This document shows, piece by piece, positions 27,398-28,410 of a DNA stretch of 28,410 nucleotides. The translations under genes were made by a program, and so were the position numbers. Each line of letters begins with the position of its first letter. Within the stretch, counting starts at the first letter, position 1. A model generated the notes under the pieces. The model was not told the DNA's origin. It searched no databases and worked only from the letters and a program-made list of their open reading frames with translations. Source of the DNA: Acidobacteriota bacterium (lineage in GTDB: Bacteria; Acidobacteriota; CAIWXX01); assembly GCA_040755995.1 (NCBI GenBank), contig JBFMAF010000050.1, positions 1-28,410 of the forward strand. The letters are read 5' to 3'.

Positions 27398-27518
27398 AAC
27401 GGCAGCGATTTCAGGACTCTCGTCCCTGGAAGGCGTGTTCAGGGACTCGCTGCCGCGGGCGGCAGCGTGGCGCAGGTCAGCTGCTATGCGAACGAGTGAC
27501 GAAAGGAGGGTGACGCGA

Positions 27519-28410
27519 ATGCGGGAACGCTTTCCGGGGCAAGGGCAACGAGCGAGAACGCATGCATTGCACCTCTGGTTGGCCGGACTGTGGGCTGCGT
27601 TTTCAACTCCATTGTTGTCGGGTACCTACACGACCATCCGGACGTGCGACTACGTGCAGAAGTCCGTCATCATCACGGCAGATACGACGCTGAACATCAA
27701 GCTCCCTGAGGGCTATCTGGTGTCCGGGATAGTGAGAGATTCGACTGGGGCACCGGTGCTCGGGGCCGGCGTGAGCGGATTGGATCAGGATGGTTTTGGA
27801 ACACTCGCGAGCTACACTGGCACAGACGGCACATTCTGTTTCCCGGCGCGGGCCGGGAGATATCACGTCACGGCGTGGCCGCCTCCGAGCGTCGTCGTCG
27901 ACCCTGCCAAGTTCCCGCGGCTTGTGCGGGCGAGGGTCGGGCCGTTCACCGTGTCGGATGATACCGAGATCGATGACATCACGTTGCCGGATGGGTACGT
28001 GGTGAGTGGCAAGGTCTCCGCGGATGGAGGGACAATCGGCGCGCTGTGCAGCACGATGGTTGCGTTCAAGACCGACAAGAGCGGATCCAGGGCATACGCA
28101 GCGACGGTTTTCGATGGATCTGAAGAACGAGGGACCCAGTACATAATGGCCTTGCCGAAGGGCAAGTACACGCAGGTGCTGTTCAGTACCCAGGCGTTCT
28201 CGATCACGACCACGTATCCGAGGGTATGGACGCTATTGCCGTCGTGCTCGTTCCACACCAGCGCATTGGCGGTCGGCAAAGACCTAGCCTGGATTTCCAC
28301 GGACAACCATTCGCCTAAGCGGGACGGGGATTTCGGGCCCAGGCAATCCGGCCTTGGCATCGGAATCGTAACTATTCAGCACCGTCTAATCTGTTCGCGG
28401 CTGACCCAAC
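27519..28410 (+). CDS. Secreted protein with carboxypeptidase-regulatory-like (prealbumin-fold) repeats; 3'-truncated by the window
   Basis: AAAGGAGG RBS and ATG 27519. My translation is open to the window end: MRERF...LWLAGLWAAFSTPLLS...LPEGYLVSGIVRDSTGAPVLGAGV...TGTDGTF...GRYHVTAWPP...LPDGYVVSGKV. It is absent from the ORF track because it has no stop. Confidence 0.72.
   Translation, partial: MRERFPGQGQRARTHALHLWLAGLWAAFSTPLLSGTYTTIRTCDYVQKSVIITADTTLNIKLPEGYLVSGIVRDSTGAPVLGAGVSGLDQDGFGTLASYTGTDGTFCFPARAGRYHVTAWPPPSVVVDPAKFPRLVRARVGPFTVSDDTEIDDITLPDGYVVSGKVSADGGTIGALCSTMVAFKTDKSGSRAYAATVFDGSEERGTQYIMALPKGKYTQVLFSTQAFSITTTYPRVWTLLPSCSFHTSALAVGKDLAWISTDNHSPKRDGDFGPRQSGLGIGIVTIQHRLICSRLTQ

Noticed and set aside
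27468..27486. TGGCGC...TGCT as a third sigma54 promoter
   Set aside because: Spacing is GG-N12-GC rather than N10, and a good sigma70 promoter lies upstream.

Overview
GC-rich bacterial accessory region, probably Acidobacteriota (inferred from the acidobacterial-type VWA protein and FHA-GAF sigma54 activator). The left end (1-2685) is an apparent uncharacterised RiPP-type peptide-modification locus. On + it has an S24/S26-like peptidase with Cys at the catalytic-Ser position, an HPr-kinase-related P-loop protein and a stand-alone PqqD/RRE. These converge on a 61-aa precursor peptide (KKKWQRPRI leader; two-Cys, Pro-rich core ending -ISS) and a radical SAM/SPASM gene that has lost its CxxxCxxC N-terminus. 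The precursor and rSAM end a minus-strand run of secreted beta-propeller genes headed by a sigma54 -24/-12 motif. The middle holds a SARP/BTAD-STAND-TPR regulator divergent from a LysM protein of unknown function, with AfsR-like 11-bp-period repeats next to a -10 box. It also holds a Cache protein, an FHA-GAF-sigma54 activator and a small beta-barrel, divergent from a membrane Ser/Thr kinase. The right part encodes a GSDH-family propeller, M16 peptidase, VWA protein, DegT aminotransferase, DedA protein and a carboxypeptidase-regulatory-like repeat protein running off the window. No rRNA, tRNA, CRISPR array or mobile element was recognised. All family calls come from motif reading; no searches were run.
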